Shown piece after piece: positions 19,007 to 29,900 of a stretch of 64,000 nucleotides of DNA. Every line of letters begins with the position of its first letter. The stretch's first letter is position 1. Source of the stretch: Verrucomicrobiota bacterium (GTDB taxonomy: Bacteria; Verrucomicrobiota; Verrucomicrobiia; Verrucomicrobiales; DEV007); the NCBI GenBank assembly GCA_045046875.1, contig JASFYY010000037.1:1-64000 (forward strand), in the 5' to 3' direction. A model generated the notes under the pieces. That model was given only the letters and a program-made list of their open reading frames with translations, was not told the origin of the DNA and did no database searches. A program made the position numbers and the translations under genes.

Positions 19007-21151
19007 ATGATTCCCATTCTACCAGATCATATCATCCGCCAACGGCCTACCCACCCCGCCCTCAAACGACTTTTTCTACAGATCCGCAACCTACCTCTGG
19101 ACGGAGCGCGAGCCTGGATGTCCTTTGCCCTGAGCGATACCCACACCGCCGAAGCCCCTGATTTTCTCCTGATTGATCAACACGGCCACTGTTATTTGCT
19201 CTCGGCAGGAGATCTGAAAAACAACGAAGCCGAAGAATACCTGCAACCCGGACTGTTTGAATTGCGCCCGGAAACCCTAAGCAAAATCCAGTCCTTGCAA
19301 TCTCTCAGTCAAACCTTGTCCACATTCCCACAAAAGGCTACTTTGGCACCCCTCGACTTTTTTTCCAACATCCCCCGCCTACTGATCTGCCCTGACCTAT
19401 CAGACAAACAATGTTCACAACTGAGCAGCACACTGCAATTAAGCGACAATGGCCACTGCTTCGGACTCGCCAACCGTCCGCTTGGCGACTGCCTATCCAG
19501 CATCTCTCCCACTCCCTTGATAGCGAACGAAATCGATCAACTCCGCGCTTTGTATCTTCCCGAATGCCGGGTACCCGCCGCCTTCATCCCCCGGCTATCA
19601 TCATCAAAAGTGCGGGAGACCAATCGAAGCGAACGCTTTACCGATTATCTGCTGGACTTTGATCAGGAGAGTTGGGTCAAAAGCGACCTTCAAATCGATG
19701 CCCTTGATTCTCTCCATCCCAATCCCGCCACCTCTGAGACCAACAATCAAAAAACGCTGACCAAAAAGAATAGCGGCATGTGCAGCCGGGTGATCACCGG
19801 TGTCGCCGGCAGCGGCAAATCACTCACCTTGCTTTACCGGGCGAGACTGCTGGCAAACATGGAGCCACAACGCAGAATTTTATTCATCACCCACAACAAA
19901 CCCCTCATCGGTGACCTGCAATGGCGTTATGATGAAATCCAACAAACGGATATTGCATCCAATACAGCCAAAGTGGAATTCTTCCATTTTTTTCGCTGGC
20001 TCGGCAAACACCATCACCAAGACGGCTTACAGTTGATCTCCGAATCCCAACGCTCACAAACCATCAGTGAATTGAGCGCAGAAATCTTTCCCAGTAGCCC
20101 ATGGCCCGCCTCTTTTTTCAGTGACGAGATAGGCTTCATCGCTGACCAAGCGGACGACTCTGAATCCTCCTACCTGACTCTAGACCGGACCGGGCGCGGC
20201 CTGGCACTCGATGCCACCCAACGTCACCAGATGCACGAACTCTACCGGCGCTACCGTATGCGACTCGCATCCAATCGTGAAGCCGACTGGCACTCACTTG
20301 TTCGATTCTGGTGGGGAAAAGCAAGTAAAGGCCAAATACACCTACCTCGCTACGACTACATCTTTGTCGATGAAGGACAATTTTTTGCCCCACTCTGGTT
20401 TTCCATCCTCAAACTCTGCCTGAACCCTGACAAGGGAGAACTCATCGTCGCTGCTGACCCCACCCAGGGATTTCTAAAACGACGCCAATCTTGGAAATCG
20501 GTCGGCCTCGATGTGCGCGGACGCACCACCAAGCTCCACCACTGCTACCGCAATACCGCCGAGCTGCAACGTTTCACCCGCCGCTTTTTTCTCCAACGAC
20601 AAACAGATTCATCCATGCACGATGAAATCCAACTACCGGAAGAAAATCAATCCGCTTCTCCACACCGTCAAAACTCATACCGTTCAAACAGCGGTGTGCA
20701 AATGATCCGCCACCCAACTCCTCAGGACAGCCTGACCTGGATCAGTAATGAAGTCGCCCACGCGATCAAAAAAGGACTCCCCCCCCAAGCGATCTTAGTG
20801 ATCCACCATAGCCGCCAACAATTGGAATTATTGCACCAGATCATCGCCCAGCGGATCGGATCAGAGCAGGTCAGCTTGCTCTCCCATGATGAAACCGCGC
20901 ATCAAGCCGTCGCCTTGGCAACACTCAACTCCACCACCGGCATCGAACGCCCCATTGTCTTCCTCGCCGGAATCGACGAACTCTTTGAACAGGAAGGAGA
21001 CCCTCGCCTTGAGCACAACGAACGCAAAAACATGATCCGCGACCATACTCGGAAAATCTACATGGCACTCACCCGCGCTGGTCAAAAACTACTGATCAGC
21101 TACACCAGCGACCTCTGCCGACAATTTTTCGATGAAGATCACCTTAGCTGA
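19007..21151 (+). CDS. UvrD/SF1A-like helicase with an N-terminal NERD-like (degenerate nuclease) region
   Basis: ITGVAGSGKS, IFVDEGQ, AADPTQ, CYRNT, TTGIERPIVFL, YMALTRA; N-terminal PDFLLID. Confidence 0.8.
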   Translation: MIPILPDHIIRQRPTHPALKRLFLQIRNLPLDGARAWMSFALSDTHTAEAPDFLLIDQHGHCYLLSAGDLKNNEAEEYLQPGLFELRPETLSKIQSLQSLSQTLSTFPQKATLAPLDFFSNIPRLLICPDLSDKQCSQLSSTLQLSDNGHCFGLANRPLGDCLSSISPTPLIANEIDQLRALYLPECRVPAAFIPRLSSSKVRETNRSERFTDYLLDFDQESWVKSDLQIDALDSLHPNPATSETNNQKTLTKKNSGMCSRVITGVAGSGKSLTLLYRARLLANMEPQRRILFITHNKPLIGDLQWRYDEIQQTDIASNTAKVEFFHFFRWLGKHHHQDGLQLISESQRSQTISELSAEIFPSSPWPASFFSDEIGFIADQADDSESSYLTLDRTGRGLALDATQRHQMHELYRRYRMRLASNREADWHSLVRFWWGKASKGQIHLPRYDYIFVDEGQFFAPLWFSILKLCLNPDKGELIVAADPTQGFLKRRQSWKSVGLDVRGRTTKLHHCYRNTAELQRFTRRFFLQRQTDSSMHDEIQLPEENQSASPHRQNSYRSNSGVQMIRHPTPQDSLTWISNEVAHAIKKGLPPQAILVIHHSRQQLELLHQIIAQRIGSEQVSLLSHDETAHQAVALATLNSTTGIERPIVFLAGIDELFEQEGDPRLEHNERKNMIRDHTRKIYMALTRAGQKLLISYTSDLCRQFFDEDHLS

Positions 21152-21228
21152 TCAAAACCACCCCATTACCCCCTGTTCCTCACCCAGGCTAGGCGCGAAA
21201 ATCAAATCCCAACCACCTCCAAACTCGA

Positions 21229-23373
21229 CTACCCCCCAATCCCCGCCAACCACACCATCAAACCAATCATCAACACACACACCAACACCGACACCAAAAA
21301 ACCAACAATATCTTTCTTCCTTGGCCTGGCAAATTCCCAATCGCTACCAGGAAACAATCGCAAATGCTCCAGCGCTTTAGGGTCAGCGTAAGCCGCCTCG
21401 AGCTTTTCACGATCAACTTGCGGATCAGGGTCCACCTCAGTGCGCATCTTGGCATAATAACGATCCAACACTTCATCTCGATCCCTCCGTGTGATCAGAC
21501 TAACCAGGATCAACACCAAAAACGGCAATAACAATCGCGGAGGCAGACGCAAGGATTCAATGGTCGCTTTCGACGCTTTGGAAAGATCGATTCCCATCCA
21601 ATGATACAAAAGAAAATCCAGATTAAACGCATCGACCCCGGTAAATGACGTAGTGAAACGCTGGGTCACAACCCGGACATTGCCATCGGTGACATCTCCC
21701 ACCGTTTCCAGTTCAATATCTCCTACAGGCTCCACTCCACCACGCCAATAGATAGCTTTTCCCCCGCTTTTCACTGTCAGCTCTATCTCCTGCCCCACCT
21801 CAGCCAAAGGTGGTTCATCTCCCATTTTCTCAATCAATTCCTCATTCCCATCAGCCTTCGCTTGTGCCATCGCTTCCACCCAAGCTTCGTGTTTGGCTCC
21901 ATCCGCAGCCGTGGCCGGGCGTTTGGTGGTGGTGGTCACCAGATTAGTGCTCTGAGTCAAATCAGGATCCGAGCGCAGTGACGGCATCACTATGGGCAAC
22001 AAATACGGCAGTATAAAAAAGAATACGATGGAAAAAGTGATCGTCGCCCACACCGCACGTCGATTGGCACGACGCCAGAACATGCCGATCCAAAATGGAG
22101 CCGCAAACAAAATCGGCAATTCAATCGCCAGCTTGAACTGCCCGAACACATCCGCCATGGTCAAGGCGATGGCCGAGGCACCTATGATGATCAACAAACC
22201 AGTTGTTCTCGCCACTCGCAGACAAGTCTTTTCATCCGCATCGGGATTGATATAAGCCGCATACACATTACGCGTCACCAACGCCGAAGTCACGATCATG
22301 TAAGTATCGGCGGAACTCATCATCGCCGCCAATAGACAAGCCAGCATCAACCCGACCAGCCCCATATTCAAAGGCCCTAGAATTTCCCGCGCCGCCACGC
22401 CCCACACACGGTCGGGATCCGCAGCAATTTCCGCATTGCCCGCCAACAAAGCCAATGCAATCAAGGCAGTCAGCGCCCAACCAACGGTGCACAAACGTTT
22501 AAGAAAATTACCCACCACCAAGCCTATACGCGCCTCGTCTTCGCTCTTCGCCGATCCCCCACCGGTGGCGATAAAATGCGGCTGAACCACGATGCCCACC
22601 AGTGCCAATAAAGTCAGCGACACAATATACTGCACCGGAAACTCCCCCGCGCTCGGCCCGTCAAACAAACTAAAATAATCCGATGACACCCGTTCGTGCA
22701 TGATGGTAAAACCATCCATGATGCCCTGCGTGGCCGGATCCCCGAACTCCATCACCAATGCTTTCAATCCAAAGGGAATCAGCAAAATCGAAAGCACGAT
22801 GATGAACACCCCCTGGATCAAATCCGTGTAATAGGCCGCCGTCAATCCACCCAACACCCCATACAAGATCACAATGATGGCGATCGTCGGCACCAGGTAA
22901 TATTTGATATCCACCCCGCCCAATTCTTCAAATCCTAACAGCGGAACTGAAAATTTCGCCACTGCTGAAAACATCGTCGAGAGAAAAAACATATAAAATA
23001 CGATCGCAAAAGCCGTGTAAGCCGCCCCCAATCCGCGCGATTCGTAACGCTCCACAAACCAATCTCCAAGGGTCAGATGGCGCATGCGCCTATACCACAC
23101 CGCCACGATCCAGTAGATCGGAGTCACAAACAGCCACATCAAAGCCGACCACACCCCACTGAGTCCGCTGGTCCATCCCGTGCGCCCAACCGTGACCGGC
23201 TCATGCGCCCCCGTCCCCGCACCAAAAGCGGCAAAAGTCTGCAGCAATTTACCAAAACCCCGTCCACCCATGAAATAATCCTCCTGCCCCTTGACCCGCT
23301 TCATCGACCAAATGCCGATCGCCACCATCACCACAAAATAAAGAACTAATACAGAAATGTCGATCCAAGTCAT
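21229..23373 (-). CDS. Sodium:solute symporter (SSS family)
   Basis: MTWIDISVLVLYF..EDYFMGGR, YGVLGGLTAAYYTDLIQG, LLAAMMSSAD; many TM helices. Confidence 0.9.
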   Translation of the reverse strand: MTWIDISVLVLYFVVMVAIGIWSMKRVKGQEDYFMGGRGFGKLLQTFAAFGAGTGAHEPVTVGRTGWTSGLSGVWSALMWLFVTPIYWIVAVWYRRMRHLTLGDWFVERYESRGLGAAYTAFAIVFYMFFLSTMFSAVAKFSVPLLGFEELGGVDIKYYLVPTIAIIVILYGVLGGLTAAYYTDLIQGVFIIVLSILLIPFGLKALVMEFGDPATQGIMDGFTIMHERVSSDYFSLFDGPSAGEFPVQYIVSLTLLALVGIVVQPHFIATGGGSAKSEDEARIGLVVGNFLKRLCTVGWALTALIALALLAGNAEIAADPDRVWGVAAREILGPLNMGLVGLMLACLLAAMMSSADTYMIVTSALVTRNVYAAYINPDADEKTCLRVARTTGLLIIIGASAIALTMADVFGQFKLAIELPILFAAPFWIGMFWRRANRRAVWATITFSIVFFFILPYLLPIVMPSLRSDPDLTQSTNLVTTTTKRPATAADGAKHEAWVEAMAQAKADGNEELIEKMGDEPPLAEVGQEIELTVKSGGKAIYWRGGVEPVGDIELETVGDVTDGNVRVVTQRFTTSFTGVDAFNLDFLLYHWMGIDLSKASKATIESLRLPPRLLLPFLVLILVSLITRRDRDEVLDRYYAKMRTEVDPDPQVDREKLEAAYADPKALEHLRLFPGSDWEFARPRKKDIVGFLVSVLVCVLMIGLMVWLAGIGG

Positions 23374-23460
23374 AAGGGAGTTTTTTGGGAGTTGCTGTTT
23401 ACTAGACCAAGCGAAAGCCCGCCAGTCAAAGCAATTGAGATCCACACATCAAATTCCCCG

Positions 23461-23504
23461 GCACCAACGGTGCCCAATGTGATAGCCCAGTGCGTAGCGC
23501 TGGG
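23461..23504. repeat. Double-hairpin intergenic repeat
   Basis: GCACC-aac-GGTGC and CCCAGTGCGTAGCGCTGGG (23486-23504), 18/19 identical to the reverse complement of 54353-54371. Confidence 0.5.
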
Positions 23505-23622
23505 TTATCATGAAATTTATCTCAGCACTGCAAGGGCGACATCTTTTTTTTCACAAACACCCCTTACTCCATCATCACGCCATTTGGCAAATCCCTCCAT
23601 CCCTGCTTCATTACTCATAACC

Positions 23623-25122
23623 ATGAGCAAACTACTCTCTCTTTTTTCCGCCCTCTGCCTGTCACTGATTGTCTCCGCCAACGGTGCCATCACCCACCCC
23701 AACATCGTGCTGATCATCGCCGATGACATGGCCTGGAACGATAGCACTCCTTACGGACACCCAACTATCAACACCCCCAACATCCAGAAACTCGCTGATG
23801 GCGGCATGCGTTTTGACAATGCCTTTCTCACCATCAGCTCGTGCAGCCCCAGCCGGGCTTCCATCATCACCGGCCGTTACCCACATCAAACCGACGCCGA
23901 AGAATTGCACTGGCCGCTGCCCGCCGAGCAAATCACCTTCGTCGAAAAACTCCGCGCCGCCGGTTACTGGGCCGGAGCCGCTGGCAAATGGCATCTCGGT
24001 GACGCCATGCGCGACCGCTTCGATGACATCCGCGAAGTTGATACCTCCGGTTTCCAACTGCCCACCGGCGAAGCGGCCAAAGCCGGAAAGTTCAAAGAAA
24101 CCCTGCAGGGCGAAGCCCAAAGCGGCTGCGCCGACTGGATCCCCTTGATGCGCGCACGGGACAAAAACAAACCTTTCTTCCTCTGGCTCGCCGCCCTCGA
24201 TCCGCATCGTCCCTACCACGAAAACATCATCACCAACGGAGCCCAAGCCGAAGACGTCCGTATCGCCCCCTATCACGCCGACACTCCGGAGACGCGCAAA
24301 GACTACACTGTCTATTATGATGAAATCACCCGCCTCGACAAATACGTCGGACGTGTGATGGCCGAACTGGAAAAACAAGGCGTCGCCGAAAACACCCTGG
24401 TGCTCTTTTTCAGCGACAATGGCCGCCCCTTCCCGCGTGACAAAACCACCGTCTACGACAGCGGAATCAAAACCCCGTGGATTGTCCACTGGCCGGCCAA
24501 AGTCAAAGCCGGCAGCAGCACGACCCAACTCGTCAGCTCGGTCGACATCGCCCGCACCGCCATGGACGCCGCCGGAGTTTCCGACATCGGCCATACTTTC
24601 GAAGGTCACAGCTTTCTCCCTCTGCTAACTAAGCCAAACGATCCCACCCGCGATTACATCTACGCCGAAAAAAACTGGCACGACTATGAAGATCACGTGC
24701 GCGCCGTGCGCAACCGACGATACAAATACATCCGCAACTACTACAACGACCTGCCGCAAACCCCATCCGCCGACTCCGCCCGCAGCCCCACCTTCCAAGC
24801 CATTCTAACCCTGGAAAAAGAAGGCAAACTCACTCCCCAACAACGCACCTGCCTGATCGCCCCCCGTCCCAAAGAAGAACTCTACGATACACAGGCCGAC
24901 CCCCACGAATTGAATAACCTCATCACCAGCCCCGAACACCAGACCATCCTAAAAACCTTACAAACCCAACTTAAAAACTGGGAAAAACGCACCAAAGACT
25001 ACGCCCCCACCCTCCGCACCGCCGACGAATTCGACCGCATCACCGGAGTCCCCACTAAAGCAAGAGTAAGACCCAGATTATCGAAAAAGGAAATGGTGGC
25101 GAAGGGCCTCGTTGCACCTTGA
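23623..25122 (+). CDS. Cys-type (formylglycine-dependent) S1 sulfatase
   Basis: Signal peptide, PNIVLIIADD, CSPSRASIITG, AGKWHLG, FSDNG, ELYD. Confidence 0.92.
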   Translation: MSKLLSLFSALCLSLIVSANGAITHPNIVLIIADDMAWNDSTPYGHPTINTPNIQKLADGGMRFDNAFLTISSCSPSRASIITGRYPHQTDAEELHWPLPAEQITFVEKLRAAGYWAGAAGKWHLGDAMRDRFDDIREVDTSGFQLPTGEAAKAGKFKETLQGEAQSGCADWIPLMRARDKNKPFFLWLAALDPHRPYHENIITNGAQAEDVRIAPYHADTPETRKDYTVYYDEITRLDKYVGRVMAELEKQGVAENTLVLFFSDNGRPFPRDKTTVYDSGIKTPWIVHWPAKVKAGSSTTQLVSSVDIARTAMDAAGVSDIGHTFEGHSFLPLLTKPNDPTRDYIYAEKNWHDYEDHVRAVRNRRYKYIRNYYNDLPQTPSADSARSPTFQAILTLEKEGKLTPQQRTCLIAPRPKEELYDTQADPHELNNLITSPEHQTILKTLQTQLKNWEKRTKDYAPTLRTADEFDRITGVPTKARVRPRLSKKEMVAKGLVAP

Positions 25123-25171
25123 GAAATTCAGCTGCCCTTACTAACTACTTTGTATTCAAGCCCCCTCCTTG

Positions 25172-25292
25172 TTTCGTGTCTTTCGTGGTTACCCCTTCCT
25201 CTTCCCATCCCTCTTCCCATCAGTGCCATCCGTGTAATCAGTGGTTAATTCCTCCCTCTTCAACCCTACTCTTTTTCGTATCTTTCGTGGTT
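25172..25292 (+). repeat. Cluster of 9-10-nt-period repeats ending in GTGGTT
   Basis: TTTCGTGTCTTTCGTGGTT (25172), ATCAGTGCCATCCGTGTAATCAGTGGTT (25219), TTTCGTATCTTTCGTGGTT (25274); relatives at 31759, 37733, 55932. Confidence 0.6.
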
Positions 25293-25307
25293 ACATCATC
25301 CCCCGCC

Positions 25308-26765
25308 TCACATCAACACATCCCTCACCACCTTCGTCTCCTCCACCCCCGTCAATTTCCAATCCAAGCCCTGGTACTTCACCGACAATTGACTGTGATC
25401 AATCCCCAACTGATCCAATATCGTCGCATTCAAATCCCTGATCGGCACCGGATTCTCAACGATATTATAACAGAAATCATCCGTCCTCCCATACTCAAAT
25501 CCCCGCTTCACCCCCGCCCCAGCCATCCACATGGTAAAACAACGCCCATGATGATCACGTCCGTGATTCTCCTCAGTCAACTTCCCTTGTGAATAAATCG
25601 TCCGCCCAAACTCCCCACCGCACACAATCAGCGTATCATCAAACATACCACGCTGCTTGAGATCCTTCACCAGCCCCGCGCAAGCTTGATCCACATCCTC
25701 GCACTGCATGCGAATCTTACCCGGCAGGTTATTATGCTGATCCCATCCACGATGGAACAACTGGATAAAACGCACCCCCTTCTCCGACATCCGACGCGCG
25801 CGCAGACAATTCGACGCAAAAGTTCCAGGCTTCCTCGCATCCGGCCCATACAGATCCACAATGTGATCCGGCTCGTCCGAAATATCCATCAACTCAGGAG
25901 CCTCCATCTGCATCCGGTAAGCCATTTCATATTGCGCAATACGGCTCTGAGTTTCCGGATCGCCAAAACGATCAAAATTCTGCTGGTTCAATTTTTCCAA
26001 ACCATCCAACACCCGGCGACGTGACGAGCGATCGATGCCGGGAGGGTTCGACAGATACAAAACCGGATCCCCTGCACTGCGCAGGTTCACGCCCTGATAC
26101 TTCGACGCCAGAAAACCACTCGCCCACAACCGCGCATACAAAGCCTGACTATTACCACGCCCTTTGGAAATCATCACCACGTAACCCGGCATATTCTCAT
26201 TCGGACTGCCCAACCCGTAATTCAACCACGCCCCAAGACTCGGTTTGCCCGGTTGCTGAGCCCCGGTATTAATAAAAGTGATCGCTGGATCGTGATTGAT
26301 CGCTTCGGTGTTCACCGATTTGATAATCGAAATATCATCCACAATCGAAGCCGTGTGCGGCAACAGTTCGCTGACATAAGTCCCGTGCTGGCCATGTTTT
26401 TTAAAATCAAACATCGGCGCCACACAAGGAAAAGACTTCTGCCCACTGGTCATGCCGGTGATGCGTTGCCCGTTGCGAATCGACTCAGGCAACTCCATGC
26501 CATGTATCTTCCTCACCTCTGGTTTATAATCGAACATATCAATGTGCGAGGGCCCACCGGAGAAAAACAAATAAATCAAACGCTTGGCCTTGGGAGCATA
26601 ACTGGGGAACTGCGGCAAACCCGCGTTGCCATCGGCCTTACCCGCACTGCCTAGCAGATCAGGATTCAATAAAGTGCTCAGCGCCGCCGCGCCCAGACCG
26701 TTGCCGGATTTGAGCAAAAACTGACGCCGGGATTCGGTGCGTAAATGTTGTTCGAATGGGTTCAT
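25308..26765 (-). CDS. DUF1501-family protein (sulfatase-like fold, Tat-like leader)
   Basis: SRRQFL leader, [40 protein letters not shown]. Confidence 0.9.
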   Translation of the reverse strand: MNPFEQHLRTESRRQFLLKSGNGLGAAALSTLLNPDLLGSAGKADGNAGLPQFPSYAPKAKRLIYLFFSGGPSHIDMFDYKPEVRKIHGMELPESIRNGQRITGMTSGQKSFPCVAPMFDFKKHGQHGTYVSELLPHTASIVDDISIIKSVNTEAINHDPAITFINTGAQQPGKPSLGAWLNYGLGSPNENMPGYVVMISKGRGNSQALYARLWASGFLASKYQGVNLRSAGDPVLYLSNPPGIDRSSRRRVLDGLEKLNQQNFDRFGDPETQSRIAQYEMAYRMQMEAPELMDISDEPDHIVDLYGPDARKPGTFASNCLRARRMSEKGVRFIQLFHRGWDQHNNLPGKIRMQCEDVDQACAGLVKDLKQRGMFDDTLIVCGGEFGRTIYSQGKLTEENHGRDHHGRCFTMWMAGAGVKRGFEYGRTDDFCYNIVENPVPIRDLNATILDQLGIDHSQLSVKYQGLDWKLTGVEETKVVRDVLM

Positions 26766-26772
26766 TGGGGAA

Positions 26773-26910
26773 GGAGTCAGAAAATAGGAGTTAGGAGGCT
26801 AGAATTAACAGACGTGAAGCGGTAGGTTTGAAGTTGCGCGAAAGTCTTTTCATGAGTGTTCCAAATTTATTCATTCTATCTCCTAACTTCTAACTCCTCT
26901 CTCCTGCTCC
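26773..26910. repeat. Inverted pair of heptamer tandem arrays
   Basis: GGAGTCA/GAAAATA/GGAGTTA.. at 26773-26804 versus TTCTATC/TCCTAAC/TTCTAAC/TCCTCTC/TCCTGCT at 26874-26910. Confidence 0.55.
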
Positions 26911-29900
26911 CTAGCCGCGGATTAGTACCTCGTCTAGGTTCAACATCAGGTTGCCCAATACGGTCCAAGCGGCGTGTTCGGCTTGATCGAGGGATTCGTT
27001 GCGTTTGGAGTCGCCTACTTCGAGCAGCTTTTTAGCTTTATCAGGTTCAGCGCGAAACTCTTTTAATTGCTCGCGGAATATCGAGTCCAATACCACCACT
27101 TCGGAAGAACGCACCTCGCGCCCCAACAACAGTCGATAACCCAAATCCAAGCGCCCACGGAAATCCTTGCCCCCTTCGCTCATCATCCGCTCTGCGAGCG
27201 CCCGCCCCGCCTCGACAAATTGTGGATCGTTTAAAGTCACCAATGCCTGCATCGGAGTATTGGTTTGCTGACGCTGAATCACACACTTCTCACGGGTCGG
27301 CGCATCAAAAGCCATCATCGCCGGCTGAGGAGCGCTGCGTTTCCAATAGGTGTACATGCTGCGTCGATAAATTTTATCACCCTTGTCCTGGACAAATTTC
27401 ACGTTAGCCGACAAAGCCACTTCGTTCCACAAACCCGGCGGTTGATAGGGTTTCACACTAGGTCCACCGACTTTGCCCACCAGCAGTCCACTGACCGCCA
27501 ACGCATTGTCGCGGATGAACTCCCCCTGCAAGCGAAAACGCGATCCACGTGCCAATAAGCGGTTCTGCGGATCGAGAGCCATTGCTTCCGGAGTCACCTG
27601 CGAGCTCTGACGGTAGGCTGCCGACATAACGATCTGTTTAATCGTGCGTTTCACATTCCAACCATTAGCAGTGAAATCCGTCGCCAGCCAGTCGAGCAAT
27701 TCGGGATGACTCGGCAGTTCCCCCTGGGATCCAAAATCAGACACCGATTTCACCAGACCGGTGCCAAAAAACATCATCCAATAACGGTTCACCGCCACTC
27801 TCGCGGTCAAAGGGTGCTCTGCCTGCATCAACCACTGAGCCAAACCCAAACGGTTGGACGGCGCATCGGCAGGCAAAGGTGGCAGCACCGCTGGCACACC
27901 GGGCTCAACCGGTTGTTTTTTATCCGGCGAAGCATAGGCTCCACGGGTAAGCACATAAGTCTGGCGTTTTTTCTTAATATCATTGTCCGCCATGATCATC
28001 GATGACAATTTGGCATCCTCGATTTTTTTCAAAGCGACGACAACTTTGTCTTTTTCTGTCATCAGACTCTTATAAGCCGCGTCATTGTTAACCAGAAAAT
28101 ACTGCTCGAGTTTTTTCTGTTGCTCCGGTTTACGCTTGTCCGGTGCCAGAGCCAGGATCGCATCAACGGGATTTTTGCCCAAGCTCTGAACCTCAGCTTC
28201 GGTCAGAACCTGTTGATAAATACGCAGGTCATCAATCTCGCAAGTAGTCGCATTGCTATTGGACCGCCCACCGATCTTCAAAGGGACAGTAGGAGTGATA
28301 CTTGCCGTTAAGCCATCACTCTCGATTTTGGTCTTCACCGCTTTGCCGTCCACCCAGATCTTCATACCCTTGGCTTTTCCCGAACCGTCATACGTGATGC
28401 ACACGTGATGCCATTCGTCCGCCTTTAATGGGGCCGCCGATACCACCTTCACCGCATTTTTCGGCCATTCGTGAATCAAATGCGATCCAATACGATTGCC
28501 CTGCAACCACATATCATAACCACGATGTTTATTCCCCACATCCATGCGGGCAAAAATCGCTCCGCTGGCCGCTTTTTTGGGTACTTTCACCCAGGCGGCA
28601 AAACTCAGCCCTTGATTAAATTTCAGCTCACCGGGTTTTTCAAACACCGCACTGTTCTTCGCATCGAGCTTCAAACCGGCATCGTCATCCCCTCGCTTGG
28701 CAGACGCCAGCTTGCCCGTGAATTTTGCTTTGCGTCCGGTGACACTTTCTTTGATTTGCCTGCCTTTGGTTTCATCGAGAGGAAAATGCATCACCAGGTT
28801 TTTCGGTTCCACCGCACTGGTCGCTCCACCATCACTGCGCGCTTTATCATGCCAGAGCGCAAAACCTTTGATCGCCTCGATCCTGCGAGCACTCAACTTG
28901 CTGTTAGCGGCTAGCATATCTTTTTCAACCTTAGCTTTCTCCACCTTCTGATCAGGAGAAAAGAACGCCGCCACCGGCGCCTGATTTCCTCTCCGCGATT
29001 GCATCCCCGGATCGGCGTTATTATTAAAATAAGCGAACAGTTGATAATATTCACGTTGGGTGATCGGATCAAACTTGTGATCGTGACACTGCCCACATTC
29101 CATTGTCAGCCCCATCCACACATTGGACGTCGTCTGCACCCGGTCGACAATATATTCAACCCGCAACTCCTCGGAAATCGCCCCGCCTTCATCCGATGTC
29201 GCGTGATTGCGATTGAACCCCGTGGCGATTTTCTGATCCAGACTCGCATTCGGCAACAAATCACCGGCCAACTGCTCGATGGTGAACTGATCAAAGGGTT
29301 TATTATCATTGTAGGCCTTGATCACCCAATCACGCCACGGCCACATCGAGCGCGGCCCGTCGGCATGCATCACCGAACTATCACCGTAACGCGCCATGTC
29401 CATCCAGGCGAGAGTCATGCGCTCACCGTAGGCTTTGCTGGCAAGCAGGCGATCCACCACCCGTGCATAGGCATCGGAATTTTTATCCGCCACAAACGCT
29501 TTCACTTCCTCCAAGGTTGGCGGCAGTCCGGTCAGATCAAAAGTCACCCGACGGATCAAAGTCTCACGATCCGCTTCGACAGATGGTTTCAACTTGGCGA
29601 CCTGCAAACGGTACTGCACAAAGGTATCAATACTGTGTTCCCCCCCACTGACTTTGGCCGGCACAAAAGCCCAATGCTCTGCCCACTTCGCTCCACCCTC
29701 GATCCAGTGTTTGAGCAAAACCTTGTCCTCCGCCGTCAGGCGTTTGTGCGATTTCAGCGGCGGCATGAGATCATCACGATCTTTCGTTTCAATCCGAGCC
29801 AACAAACTGGAAGCTGACGGATTTTTGACATCAACCGCACGAACTCCCTCGTGCTCCTCCGTTGCTCCTTCAAACGTATCGAGCCGTAGATCCGCCTCGC

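Noticed and set aside
23662..24609. Long antisense ORFs (also 28999-29817, 59029-59823, 39596-40180)
   Set aside because: Shadow frames opposite well-supported genes; no recognisable motifs
25119..25592. 157-aa ORF after the sulfatase
   Set aside because: Made of intergenic repeats plus the antisense of the DUF1501 gene
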